Positions 49,463 through 60,358 of a stretch of DNA of 64,000 nucleotides are shown one piece after another; the stretch's first letter is position 1, and each line of letters begins with the position of its first letter. This DNA comes from an uncultured Phycisphaerales bacterium. GTDB lineage: Bacteria; Planctomycetota; Phycisphaerae; Tepidisphaerales; Tepidisphaeraceae. Below the pieces are notes generated by a model. The model was not told the origin of the DNA. It made no database searches and worked only from the letters and a program-made list of their open reading frames with translations. The DNA lies in NCBI GenBank assembly GCA_963758525.1, contig CAVWVQ010000002.1:192001-256000 (forward strand). Direction: 5' to 3'. The position numbers and the translations under genes are program-made.

Positions 49463-50452
49463 ATGAGACGATCGCGTTACCTTGCGTTGGTGTTGCTGTT
49501 GCTCTGCCCATGCCTGGCACGGGCGGATCTCGTGGATCAGATGCAGGAGTTTCCGCCGGGCTTGTTCAGCGACGGCGGCCATTACACCCTGGCGGACCTC
49601 AAGGGAAAGGCCGTTGTCCTGGTCTTCTTTGAAATGGATTATGGCGACAACCGCGGACATATCGCGGATTGGAACAAGCTGGTCGATCAGTACAAGGACA
49701 GGCCGATCAAGTTTCTCGCGGTCGCGCCCCATGCTGATCTGGCGAAGGTGCAGAAGTATGTGCAGGAGACCAAGCTCCAGATGCCAGTCTATGCGGACAG
49801 TCTGGGCCTGATGGACGAGGAGTGGCGCGCCAAGGTTTCCATGGATGATGCGCGCGTCTTTAAAATTCTCGGGCCCGATGGGAACGTCGTCGGAAACAAG
49901 ATGACCTCGGAGGACATCGATAAGGCCCTGGCAGGCGCTGCATGGAAGTACGATGACAAGGATTACGATCCGAAGTTCAAGCCTGTCGTCAATCTGCTGA
50001 ACTGGAACCAGTACCAACCCGCGGTGAAAATGCTCCGGCCTTTCGTGCGCAAGGAGGCTGTTACCACGGTCGCGAAGTCTGCCAATAAGTTGTTCGCCCA
50101 GGTAAAAAGCGAGGGGGAGCAATGGAAAGCGGACGCCGATCAAGTCGCGGCTTCCGATCCGGTGCGGGCGTTCGATTTGTACACGAAGATCAGCACGGTA
50201 TTCGCCGGGGACGAGTTAGGCAGATCAACGATGGTGCCTTTGAAAAAGCTGAAAACTGCCAAACCCGTGACCGACGAATTGGCAGCGCGGGCCGAGTGGG
50301 AGCAATTCTCCAGCAAGCTCCCGCTCATCAAGCGTTCGCAGCGTTCGCAGGCCAAGGATTTTTGCAAGCAGATCGTCACGCAATATCCAGAGACGCCAAC
50401 GGGCAAGAAGGCGGACGCCCTGGCAACCACCTTTGCGCTCACCGGAGCCTAA
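49463..50452 (+). CDS. Exported redoxin (AhpC/TSA-fold) domain protein lacking CxxC, with helical C-terminus
   Basis: Signal peptide; TLADLKGKAVVLVFFE; FLAV; ILGPDGNVV. Confidence 0.68.
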   Translation: MRRSRYLALVLLLLCPCLARADLVDQMQEFPPGLFSDGGHYTLADLKGKAVVLVFFEMDYGDNRGHIADWNKLVDQYKDRPIKFLAVAPHADLAKVQKYVQETKLQMPVYADSLGLMDEEWRAKVSMDDARVFKILGPDGNVVGNKMTSEDIDKALAGAAWKYDDKDYDPKFKPVVNLLNWNQYQPAVKMLRPFVRKEAVTTVAKSANKLFAQVKSEGEQWKADADQVAASDPVRAFDLYTKISTVFAGDELGRSTMVPLKKLKTAKPVTDELAARAEWEQFSSKLPLIKRSQRSQAKDFCKQIVTQYPETPTGKKADALATTFALTGA

Positions 50453-50513
50453 GAGTCGGGCGGGGGAAGATTTTCAGGGACAGAACCACCCGGGGGAAGC
50501 CGAGCGAGGGCAC

Positions 50514-52139
50514 GTGCAACATCTGATCTTCTCGAGCGGTAAAAATTCGTCTGCGACCGCCCCTTCCTTGCTGATTCGATCTTGTGTGGTGTTGATACTC
50601 CTCGGGTCGCACTGCATAGGTTTGGCTGGCGAGAATGACGGGACCCGTCCGGTTGCAACCGATGCGCCCAACGCGTCGTCGATTATTTTAACACCTTCGC
50701 CTCCGCCATCGCCGCGAATCAATGGGCCGTCGCTCTATGGAGTGCGGCCCGGTCACCCGTTTCTGTACGCAATCCCCGCGACCGGCGATCGTCCGATGAC
50801 GTTCGCGGTCGACGCTCTTCCGGCCGGACTCAACGTCGACGCATCAACTGGGCGCATGACCGGCATGCTCGCAAGTGCCGGCGAATATCCGGTCACGCTT
50901 CACGCGACCAACGCCAGCGGAAAGGCCGAGCGGAAATTCAAAGTCGTCGCCGGCGAAGAGATCGCCCTCACGCCGCCGATGGGATGGAACAGTTGGAACT
51001 GCTGGGGAGGCAACGTCGATCAGAGCAAGATTCTGCGGTCAGCGCACGCGATGGCAGCCTCGGGGCTGGTCAATCATGGGTGGAGTTACATCAATATCGA
51101 TGATGCCTGGCAGGGCGCGCGTGGCGGGGAATTCAACGCGATTCAGCCGAACCTGAAGCGATTTCCCGACATCAAGGCGATGTGTGATGAGATTCACGGC
51201 CTGGGCTTGAAGGTGGGAATCTATTCCACTCCGTGGGTGACATCCTACGCCGGCCGTGTTGGCGGATCGTCTGAAAATCCCCAGGGGACTTGGGCGCGTT
51301 CGGGAACCGACGCTCCTCGGAATCGCAACGTGTTTCCGTACGCGATCGGCCGCTATCACTTTTTCAAAGAGGACGCGAAGCAATGGGCTGCGTGGGGAAT
51401 CGACTACCTGAAGTTTGACTGGGGTCCCAACGAAGTCCCGGAAACCAGGGAGATGGCCGATGCCCTTCGCGCGTCGGGCCGCGATATTGTCCTGAGCCTC
51501 TCAAACAACACCACCAACACGCTGTTCGGCGTGATTCCGGAGATGTCCGGGTTGGCCAACTGCTGGCGCATCGGAGGCGACATCAGCGACTCGTGGAAGT
51601 CGATTGTCTCCCATGGATTCGATCACGATCAATGGGCGCCCTACGCCCGCCCCGGACACTGGAACGACCCGGACATGTTCGAGGTCGGCGCCAACGGCGG
51701 CGGAAAACCCAAGCGGCTCAAGCCCGACGAGCAATACACGCATGTGAGCCTCTGGTGCCTGCTGTCCGCGCCGCTGCTGCTGGGTTGCGACATGGATCAC
51801 CTGGACGAGTTCACGCTCAACCTGCTCAGCAACGATGAGGTGCTCGCGATCGATCAGGATTCCCTGGGCCGACAGGCGACTGCCGCCGTCAGCAGCGAAT
51901 CAACCCGAGTCTATGCAAAGGACCTGGCCGATGGATCAAAGGCGGTTGGACTCTTTAATTTGAACCAGGAGTCCGCTTCGTGCGCCGTGAAGTGGACTGA
52001 TCTGAAGATCGCCGGCAAGCAAGTCGTTCGCGATCTGTGGCGACAAAAAGATCTCGGCACTTTCGATGGCCAGTTCGAATCGGTCGTGCCGGGGCATGGC
52101 GTTATATTGATTCGGCTGCGTCCCGCGGGGGTGCCATGA
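50514..52139 (+). CDS. Alpha-galactosidase (GH27) with N-terminal putative Ig domain; start uncertain
   Basis: LPAGL.VD..TG; TPPMGWNSWN; NIDDAWQ; WGIDYLKFD; WR...DI; WNDPDM. Confidence 0.92.
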   Translation: MQHLIFSSGKNSSATAPSLLIRSCVVLILLGSHCIGLAGENDGTRPVATDAPNASSIILTPSPPPSPRINGPSLYGVRPGHPFLYAIPATGDRPMTFAVDALPAGLNVDASTGRMTGMLASAGEYPVTLHATNASGKAERKFKVVAGEEIALTPPMGWNSWNCWGGNVDQSKILRSAHAMAASGLVNHGWSYINIDDAWQGARGGEFNAIQPNLKRFPDIKAMCDEIHGLGLKVGIYSTPWVTSYAGRVGGSSENPQGTWARSGTDAPRNRNVFPYAIGRYHFFKEDAKQWAAWGIDYLKFDWGPNEVPETREMADALRASGRDIVLSLSNNTTNTLFGVIPEMSGLANCWRIGGDISDSWKSIVSHGFDHDQWAPYARPGHWNDPDMFEVGANGGGKPKRLKPDEQYTHVSLWCLLSAPLLLGCDMDHLDEFTLNLLSNDEVLAIDQDSLGRQATAAVSSESTRVYAKDLADGSKAVGLFNLNQESASCAVKWTDLKIAGKQVVRDLWRQKDLGTFDGQFESVVPGHGVILIRLRPAGVP

Positions 52140-55100
52140 GCGGACAAGCGGAAGTCGTGAAAGACAATACAACCTGCAACACTTCGGATTGCGGCTGCTC
52201 TGTTCCGCGGCGCGGCTTCCTTCAACTCACGGGGTTGGGCGCGCTTGCCGTGCTGATGCGCAATGTCCCGGCGATGGCCGGCCCGTTCGAGAGGGCCGAC
52301 TTCAATGATTTGGTCCCGGAGGACAAGAAGCTCTCTCCCGAATGGATCAAGTCTTTGTTCGATCGGGGGGAGCCGACGGTCTATCGCGGCGACGATCTCA
52401 AGTACATCGGTATGCCCGTCGGGGGAATCACCACCGGGCAGCTTTACCTCGGCGGCGACGGGAAGCTCTGGCTCTGGGATATTTTCAATAAGCGGCACGC
52501 CACCGGCGCTGAGAATTACGCACACCCCGTCATTCCCCATTCGCCGCTCGCACAGGGATTCTCCCTTTCGATTGGAACCGGCAACGCGTCAGACCGGCGT
52601 TCGCTCGATGCGAAGGGATTCTCCGACATCTCCTTCCGCGGGCAATATCCGATTGGGACCGTCGAATATCGCGACGCCAACAGTCCGCTCGCGGTGAAGT
52701 TGGAGGCGTTTTCCCCGTTCATCCCGTTGAGTGTAGATGATTCCAGCCTGCCGCTGACGATCATGCAATTCACGCTGAAGAACACGGGCGCGGAACACAT
52801 CAATGCGGAGTTGACCGGCTACCTGGAAAATGCCGTCGGACTCTACAGCGAGGAGGAGGTGAACTACGTCCGCAAGAACGATGTCACCCGCGACGGCGCC
52901 CGCCTGCTTCTGCTAAATTGCTCGGCCGTCGCGCCCGCAACCGCCGAGTCGCACCGCGCACCGATTGTGTTCGAGGATTTTGAGGGACCCGACTACGGGA
53001 AATGGACGGTCGAGGGAACCGCGTTCGGCAAGGGACCGGTCAAGGGTGACGCAACGAGCGAAAACCTCAGCGGCTATCTCGGCAAGTCTCTGGTGAACTC
53101 CTATGCGGCTGGCGGATCGGACGAACCCCAGGGCAAGCTGACTTCGCCGGAGTTTGCGATTCAGCGGCAATACATCAATTTTCTCATCGGCGGGGGGAAT
53201 CATCCGAAGGGAACCTGCATCAATCTCATCATCGACGGCAAGGTGAGGCGCTCATCCACCGGCCGTAACTCGCACGACTTGATCTGGGAATCGTGGAACC
53301 TTCGGGAATTACAGGGAAAGACGGCGCATATCGAGATTGTGGACCACGCTTCGGACCGCTGGGGGCACATCGATATCGACCAGATCGAATTTTCCGATGC
53401 CCCGCGCAACGAGCGCCCTGCCGCCGAGCGGGAAGATTTCGGAACGATGACGCTCGCGCTGCTCGATCCGGCTGACGCCGATCGTGGAATTGCGATCGGC
53501 TCGCTGGACCCGGCAAAAAACACCTTCACCGAAACGGCGCCGGCGACCACTCCAGCCAATCCCGAGTCGAACCCCAAGCCGGTGGGCGCACTGGTGCGCA
53601 AGATCTCGCTTGACGCCGGGGCGACGCATGTCGCGACGTTTGTCGTTGCCTGGCACTTTCCCAACCTGCGCGTCGACGGAGTGCGGACTGCTGCCGGCCG
53701 ACATTACGCGACGCGGTTCAAATCGTCCGACGCGGCGGTCAAATATCTCGCCGAGCATTTCGATCGCCTAGCCTCCACAACCCGGCTGTGGTGCGACACC
53801 CATTACGACTCAACCCTCCCCTATTGGTTCCTCGATCGCACGCACCAGAACATCAGTGTGCTGGCAACCAGCACGGCCTACCGCTTTTCCGATGGCAGGT
53901 TTTACGGAAACGAAGGCGTCGGCTGCTGTGCCGGCACGTGCACCCATGTCTGGCAATATGAGCAGGCGATGGGCCGGCTTTTCCCGGAGCTGGACATTTT
54001 GCTGCGGGAATGGGCCGACTTCAATCCGAAGATCGGCATGAATCCCGACGGCATGATCGATCATCGCGGCGAATTCCACGCCGGCGAAGCGATCGATGGT
54101 CAAGCAGGAACTGTTCTTCGGGCGTACCGCGATCATCAGATGTCTCCTGACAATGAGTTTCTCAAGCGGAATTACCCCAGCATTAAAAAAGCAATGCAGT
54201 GGCTCATCGGGCAGGACGGACAAGACGGGACCGAAGACGGCATTCTCCGCGGCGCGCAACACAACACGCTCGACGTGGAATGGTACGGGCCCGTCGCATG
54301 GCTCAGCGGGCTATACCTCGCGAGCCTCCGTGCGACTGTGGAGATGGCGACCGAAGCGGGTGATGACGAATTTGCGAAACATTGCCGGAAGATCTTCGAA
54401 GTCGGCCAGAAGACATTCGTCGATCTCCTCTTCAACGGCGAGTACTTCCAGAACATCCCCGACCCCAAGCACCTGGATGCGATCAACTCCGGAAGCGGTT
54501 GCGAGATCGACCAGGTGATGGGGCAGAGCTGGGCGTTTCAGGTTGGACTGGGCCGTATTCTTCCGGAAAAGGAGACGCGCACCGCCTTGGCGTCGCTCTG
54601 GAAATACAATTTCTCGCCCGACGTTGGCGTCTATCGCAAGGCCAACAAACCTGGCCGATGGTATGCCATGCCCGGCGAGGCGGGGCTGCTGATCTGCACG
54701 TTCCCCCGGCCGGATTGGGACTACGACAAAGCGAGCGGGAAAGGACCGCAATGGGCCGCCGGTTATTTCAACGAATGCCAGAACGGATACGAGCACGAAG
54801 TCGCGGGCCACATGATCTGGGAAGGTCTTTTGCTGGAGGGCCTGGCGGTCGAACGCGCCGTTCACGACCGCTACCACGCTTCGCGGCGCAATCCGTGGAA
54901 CGAGGTCGAGTGCGGCGATCACTACGCGCGATCCATGGCCAGCTACGGATTGTTTGTCGCGGCGTGCGGATATGAATATCACGGGCCCAAGGGCCGGCTC
55001 GCATTTGCGCCGCGATTGTCGCCCGAAAACTTCAAGGCCTCCTTCACCAGCGCCCAGGGTTGGGGCACCTTCGCCCAGCAGTCAGATCAGGCCGCCCATA

Positions 55101-55312
55101 AAGCGCAGATCGAAATCAAGTACGGCACGCTGCGTCTCCGTACGCTGGCCCTTACCCTGCCGACGAAGCTGGAGCCTGCAAATGCGGTCGTTTCATTGAA
55201 CGGCCAGCCGGTTCAGGTGAAGCACGACATTGCGGATCGCACGGTGACGATAGACTTCGTCGCCGAAATAAGCATCGCGAAGGACCAACGACTGGAAGTA
55301 ACGATCTCGTGA
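52136..55312 (+). CDS. GH116-family glycoside hydrolase, Tat-exported, with an inserted beta-sandwich module
   Basis: RRGFLQ; GMPVGGI..G; CCAGTCTHVW.Y; QHNTLD; DQV.GQ; NPWNEVECG.HYARSMAS. Confidence 0.9.
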   Translation: MSGQAEVVKDNTTCNTSDCGCSVPRRGFLQLTGLGALAVLMRNVPAMAGPFERADFNDLVPEDKKLSPEWIKSLFDRGEPTVYRGDDLKYIGMPVGGITTGQLYLGGDGKLWLWDIFNKRHATGAENYAHPVIPHSPLAQGFSLSIGTGNASDRRSLDAKGFSDISFRGQYPIGTVEYRDANSPLAVKLEAFSPFIPLSVDDSSLPLTIMQFTLKNTGAEHINAELTGYLENAVGLYSEEEVNYVRKNDVTRDGARLLLLNCSAVAPATAESHRAPIVFEDFEGPDYGKWTVEGTAFGKGPVKGDATSENLSGYLGKSLVNSYAAGGSDEPQGKLTSPEFAIQRQYINFLIGGGNHPKGTCINLIIDGKVRRSSTGRNSHDLIWESWNLRELQGKTAHIEIVDHASDRWGHIDIDQIEFSDAPRNERPAAEREDFGTMTLALLDPADADRGIAIGSLDPAKNTFTETAPATTPANPESNPKPVGALVRKISLDAGATHVATFVVAWHFPNLRVDGVRTAAGRHYATRFKSSDAAVKYLAEHFDRLASTTRLWCDTHYDSTLPYWFLDRTHQNISVLATSTAYRFSDGRFYGNEGVGCCAGTCTHVWQYEQAMGRLFPELDILLREWADFNPKIGMNPDGMIDHRGEFHAGEAIDGQAGTVLRAYRDHQMSPDNEFLKRNYPSIKKAMQWLIGQDGQDGTEDGILRGAQHNTLDVEWYGPVAWLSGLYLASLRATVEMATEAGDDEFAKHCRKIFEVGQKTFVDLLFNGEYFQNIPDPKHLDAINSGSGCEIDQVMGQSWAFQVGLGRILPEKETRTALASLWKYNFSPDVGVYRKANKPGRWYAMPGEAGLLICTFPRPDWDYDKASGKGPQWAAGYFNECQNGYEHEVAGHMIWEGLLLEGLAVERAVHDRYHASRRNPWNEVECGDHYARSMASYGLFVAACGYEYHGPKGRLAFAPRLSPENFKASFTSAQGWGTFAQQSDQAAHKAQIEIKYGTLRLRTLALTLPTKLEPANAVVSLNGQPVQVKHDIADRTVTIDFVAEISIAKDQRLEVTIS

Positions 55313-55405
55313 TGGGCGTGCGCCAAATCTTCCGAGGCGTGCTTGTCGTGCTGCTTTCAGCACCCGCAAGCCAAACCGCAATGAAGGCGTTAGACTGCCA
55401 TCATT

Positions 55406-57402
55406 ATGACGCGGTCTGATCGATACCTTGTTTTCGCACTCCCCATAGTCATCGCCTGGTTCATCCCTCTCTCATCGCTGGCTGACGTCAAACTCGCGGG
55501 CCTGTTCGGCGACCACATGGTGCTCCAGCGCGACATGCCGGTGCGCGTTTGGGGCTGGGCGGATCCTGGGGAGCAGGTGAGCGTAAGCATCGCCGGCCAA
55601 AGCAAATCCGCCGCTGCGGGACCCGACGGGTCCTGGATGGTGACGTTGGACCCGCTGCACGCAGGAGCGCCCTTGCGCTCGTCGTGCAAGGCAAGAACAC
55701 GATAACGTTCTCCGATGTGCTGGTCGGCGAGGTCTGGATCGCGTCGGGTCAGTCCAACATGACGCTGTCGGTCAAGGACGCGCTCAACGGGCGCGCTGAG
55801 GCCGCCACGTCGGAAGATCCGCAGTTGCGGATGTTCACCGTCCCGCGCCAGGGCAGCCTGGAGCCGCAATCAGATGTCAAAGCCGCTTGGGAATCCGCCA
55901 ATCCCGATCACGTCAGTTCATGGACGGCGGTCGGCTATTTCTATGCGCGTCAATTGCGCCGCGAACTGAACGTGCCGGTTGGAATCATCCACTCTTCTTT
56001 CGGCGGCACGCCTGCCGAGGCGTGGACGAGCCGATCCGCGCTGGAGAGCGATCCGGAATTCAAGAACGCGGTCGACGAGCAAATCGCGGTGATGCGGCGG
56101 TATCCGGAAGATCAGAACGCGTATCCGCAATTGCTGCAGGCTTGGATCACCAGCAACGGCGCACAGGACAGCGACGCTCCCGCCGCGCCCCCGGAGTGGG
56201 CAAGGCCTGAGTTTGACGACTCCGGATGGAAAAGAATTGAAGTGCCGGTCAATCTTGAAGGGCTGGGATTGAAGGGCGGCGGAATCGTCTGGTTTCGCAA
56301 GAGCATAACGCTGCCGCAGACCGCGGCGCAGCAGGATACGGAACTCAACGCGCTCTGGCTGCATCACGCCGCGACGATGTATTTCAATGGAGTCGAGATC
56401 AAGGACCATTCGGGCGCAAAGAAGCTCTGGGGCGAGCAACTGCGCTTTCGCATTCCCAAATCATTGATCCATCCCGGCCAGCCGAACCTCGTTGCAATTC
56501 GTCTCCATGCCTTGACGCAGGACGGTGGTTTCGATGTGCATACCCGGCATATGGGGTTCGCGGTCGCCGATCCGTCGCTGCTCGATGACCGTTGGGCATT
56601 TCATGTGGAAAAGGCGTTTCCCGACTTGTCGCCGCAGGCGCGCAATTCATTGCCCAAGCCCCCCGCCGCCAAAATCGAACACACGCCGGACGGGCTGTTC
56701 AACGCGATGATCAATCCGCTGATTCCATATGCGATCCGCGGCGTCATCTGGTACCAGGGAGAAAGCAACGGCGGGCGTCATGCTCAATACAGAAAGCTGC
56801 TGACCCTCCTCATCCAAGACTGGCGCTCTCGCTGGGGCGAAGCCGATTTTCCGTTCCTGATCGAGCAATTGGCAAATTATAACGACCCGCCAAAGGAGCC
56901 TGGCGAAGCCGTCGAAGCAGCGGTGCGTGAAGCTCAACTCCAGGTGGCTCAGAGCGTGCCGCACACCGGGCTCGCGGTGGCAATCGACATCGGCGAAGTA
57001 AACATTCATCCCAAGAACAAACAGGAAGTCGGGCGACGCCTGGCGCTGGTCGCGATGGCCAAAGTCTACGGACGCAACATGGTTGGCTCCGGGCCGATCT
57101 ACCAGTCGATGGCCGTCGAGAAAAGCCAGATTCGCATCAGGTTCACGGAGGTGGACGGCGGCCTGGTCGCGAAAGACGGCCCGCTCAAGCGTTTCGCGAT
57201 CGCGGGCGAGGATCACAAGTTTGTCTGGGCGGAAGCTCGCATTGAGGGCGAGACGGTTGTCGTTTCATCCCCGCAAGTGATTAAACCGCTTGCCGTGCGC
57301 TACGCATGGGCGAGCAATCCCGAAGGCGCCAATCTCTACAACGCCGCAGGGCTCCCGGCTTCTCCGTTCCGAACCGATGCCCCATCCGGCGATGGCAGAT
57401 AG
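55406..57402 (+). CDS. Sialate O-acetylesterase-family (SGNH) protein; frameshift at ~55674
   Basis: LFGDHMVLQRD; GEVWIASGQSNM; GGTPAEAW; WYQGESN; IHPKNKQ.VG.RLA; VRYAW; PFRTD. Confidence 0.9.
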
Positions 57403-57418
57403 ATTGCAAATCGCGGGA

Positions 57419-58339
57419 TCAAGCGATCTGTAAGCCGCCCTTCGCAAGCCGGCTAATTCGATCGCCGCTCATTTCCAAACGCCCCTGAACAACGTCATCC
57501 AGAAGTTCGAGCGTGTCGAGCAGGCGCGGCCCCGGACGGTTGAAGAACTGCGAGCCATCGGCAACAAAAATCTGATTCTTGCGGTGCGCGGAGAGTGCTT
57601 CCCACGGCAGATCCGAAAGACGCTCGAATTCGTCAACGGAGCGCTCGATAGAGAATCCGCAGCAGGCAATGACAATGATCTGGGGATCAGCCGCCGCCAC
57701 CTCGGAAAAAGCAAGCTGCCGCGAGCGCTCCCCCGCCGCGCAAAGAACCGGAATCGCCCCGGCAAGCGAGATGAGCTGCGGATTCCAATGACCGGCAGAA
57801 AATAACGGATCGAGCCATTCGAGAACCAGCAGCGCCGGTCGGCCGCGCGCCGATGATGCGCGGGCGACTACACGGCTCTTCCTCTTCTCCAGTTGATTCA
57901 CAAGGCATGTCGCGGCATCGGCCGCACCAAGCTCGCGGCCAAGGAGAGCGATGTCCGCCAGCACATCATCGAGGGTCATCGGCGCCAGTTCGATCACCCG
58001 CGGACAACCTGGGAGATCCGCGCACAGCGAACGGACTCGTACCGGATCGACGGCACAAACGGGACAGAGCCCTTGCGTAACAATCGCGTCAGGCCTGAGC
58101 CGTCGAATCAGCGGCTCATCGAGCTCGAAGAGCGCTTCGCCTCGTCCCAGCAAGTCCCGAACGGCCTGGTCGATCTCGCTGCCAGCCGCTGACGCGTTGA
58201 TGCGCGAACGCGTGACAACTGGCTTGCCCTTCGCGGCGGGGGGAAAGTCGCATTCGTGCGAAACGCCGACGATCTGATCGCCCAGGCCCAGTGCGGAAAT
58301 GATTTCAGTGGCGGCTGGAAGCAGTGATAGAATTCGCAT
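57419..58339 (-). CDS. BtuF-like cobalamin/Fe-siderophore binding-fold protein, no signal peptide
   Basis: MRILSLLPAATEI..LG; VGVSHECDFP; TQ.LC.VCAV; EW.DP; NRPGPRL. Confidence 0.82.
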   Translation of the reverse strand: MRILSLLPAATEIISALGLGDQIVGVSHECDFPPAAKGKPVVTRSRINASAAGSEIDQAVRDLLGRGEALFELDEPLIRRLRPDAIVTQGLCPVCAVDPVRVRSLCADLPGCPRVIELAPMTLDDVLADIALLGRELGAADAATCLVNQLEKRKSRVVARASSARGRPALLVLEWLDPLFSAGHWNPQLISLAGAIPVLCAAGERSRQLAFSEVAAADPQIIVIACCGFSIERSVDEFERLSDLPWEALSAHRKNQIFVADGSQFFNRPGPRLLDTLELLDDVVQGRLEMSGDRISRLAKGGLQIA

Positions 58340-58449
58340 CAGAAAGACTCCCTGGAAAGCCCTGGTTGTTAAGCTTCCGAGTTACGTTGCCATCTTATCC
58401 GCCAGGGTCGCAGGACAGAAACAAAATGGACACCAATCGCGCAAGGTTA

Positions 58450-60320
58450 TTAGTGACCGAGGATCGGCGCGGACACAGGTTCGAGCGCTTTCGAATCAAT
58501 CGGCGGACTGTGTTGTGCCGGGCTTGGATGCACCGCGGCGCTCAATCTCACGGCAAGCAGCGTCACGTCGTCCGCCCGGGCGGATTCGCTTCGGAAACCG
58601 GTCACCGCGCTGACAACCGCATCAATCAAGGCCTGCGCCCCGCCCCTGGCTTGCGCCGCGCAGCTGATCAGACGCTTGACGCCAAAACGCTCGCCCGCGG
58701 GGTTTTCGGAGTCGACCACGCCATCGGTATAGAGCAATAGGCTGTCACCGGCGCGAATCGTGAACGACTGGGTGTGATATTTCGAGTTCGACTCGACACC
58801 AAGCACCAGGTCCGGTTCGGCCCGCACCGCCGCGGCACCGGCGTGCGACGCCAGCAACGGCAGCGGATGGCCAGCGCTGGCCAGATCGACACGGCCGTTT
58901 TGCGCGTCGATGATCAGCAGCACCATCGTGACAAACTGCCCGTTGAACGCCTGCACGCAAAGCTGATGATTGACCTGCTGGAGGCATTTGCCGGGATCGC
59001 ATAATCCCGGGAGCGTGGTGCGGACGAGCAATTGCGTGCTCGCCATCAGAAACGCGGCGGACATTCCGTGTCCGGTGACATCTCCGATGGCGACCGCGGT
59101 TCGCCCGTCGGGAAGATCAAACCAATTGTAGAAGTCGCCACTGATATGGCTCGCCGGTTCGTTGGCGGTGGCGACGTCCAGGCCGGCGTCAGCCGGGCGC
59201 CCTGCGGAAGCCAGGCGAGCTGAATCTTGCGCGCCTCGGCGATTTCGCGGTCGATCAGCGCGTGCCGCAGTTTTTCGAGCCGCGCGCGGTTGCGGATCAG
59301 TTGCGTGGCGGTCGAGACGAGAATCGCCGTCATCGAGATGGCAAGAAAGACGGCCCAGAAGAGCGCCCGTCCGAAGAACTGCCGGACGATGGCATCGACG
59401 TCGGCGAGCGGCGCGGTGAGCATGACAAACCAGTGATGATCGTTGACGTAGACCGGCTCGGTGGTCACCAGTGACGGGCCGATCGCGACGTCGCCCATGT
59501 GAAAGCCGGACCCGAGCGTGCGCGTGCCGCGAAAGCCGTTTGCCGCCAGCGACGCGACGGCGGAGAGAATGTCCGGGCTGCCGATCGCCGACAATTCCTT
59601 GCCGACCAGTTGTCTGTGGCCGGTGGTGAGAATCTGCAGCGAGTCGTTGACGAGAAACGTTGCGGCTGCGTCGGCGTTGTCATTGAGCTCGTTGAGGAAC
59701 CATTGCTCCACGCGCCTGGTGGGGACCGCGGCGACGATGATCGCATCGCGGCCGCCCGTGAGAGACGGAATCGCCACGAAATGAAAACCGCGATTGTCGA
59801 TGAGCCGAAAATCGCTCATGGCCGGCTGCTTGAGCGTTTTGAGCCAGGGCCCGATCTGCGCGACAATCTCGGCCGCCGACGGCTCTGTCTCATTGCGACC
59901 GATGCCAACCCACCGCACGTGAAATGCCCCCTTGTCGACCGTGAACAGATGCGAGACACGGCCTTCCAACTGCCGATTGAGGATCATCGGGCCGATGATC
60001 CCCGCAGCCGCCCGACCGGCGGGAGTGCTGGGCTGTGATGCCGGCATGCGCTGACTGACATATTCCGTATCGGGGTCGTCCGGATTCACCGGCCGCATCA
60101 TGATCAGATCGCTGAGAATCGAGTCGTAGTAGCTCTGCACGCCGCGAGCGGTTTCCTCCGCCAAAAGCGTCTGGCGGCGCTCGGCCTGCGCCAACGCATG
60201 CTGGCGTGCCGATTGATAAACTTCGCGCGCGGCCAGGAAGACCAGGATCAGCACGGCCATCAGCAGCGCGAAATGAATCAGCAGAACATTGCGGGCAAAA
60301 CGCCGAACCGCAGTTTCCAT
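58450..60320 (-). CDS. Membrane PP2C/SpoIIE (RsbU-like) phosphatase with extracytoplasmic sensor domain; frameshift at ~59197
   Basis: Two TM helices around a periplasmic domain; ARKIQ..WLP; SGDFY; GDVTGHG..AA; SAGH; YTDGV; DDVT. Confidence 0.88.
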
Positions 60321-60358
60321 TTGGCAGATTGTAAGAGAACCGATGGAGGGCCGGAAGC

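Noticed and set aside
58340..58449. Cobalamin riboswitch upstream of the BtuF-like gene
   Set aside because: The spacer is only ~110 bp and lacks a recognisable B12 box
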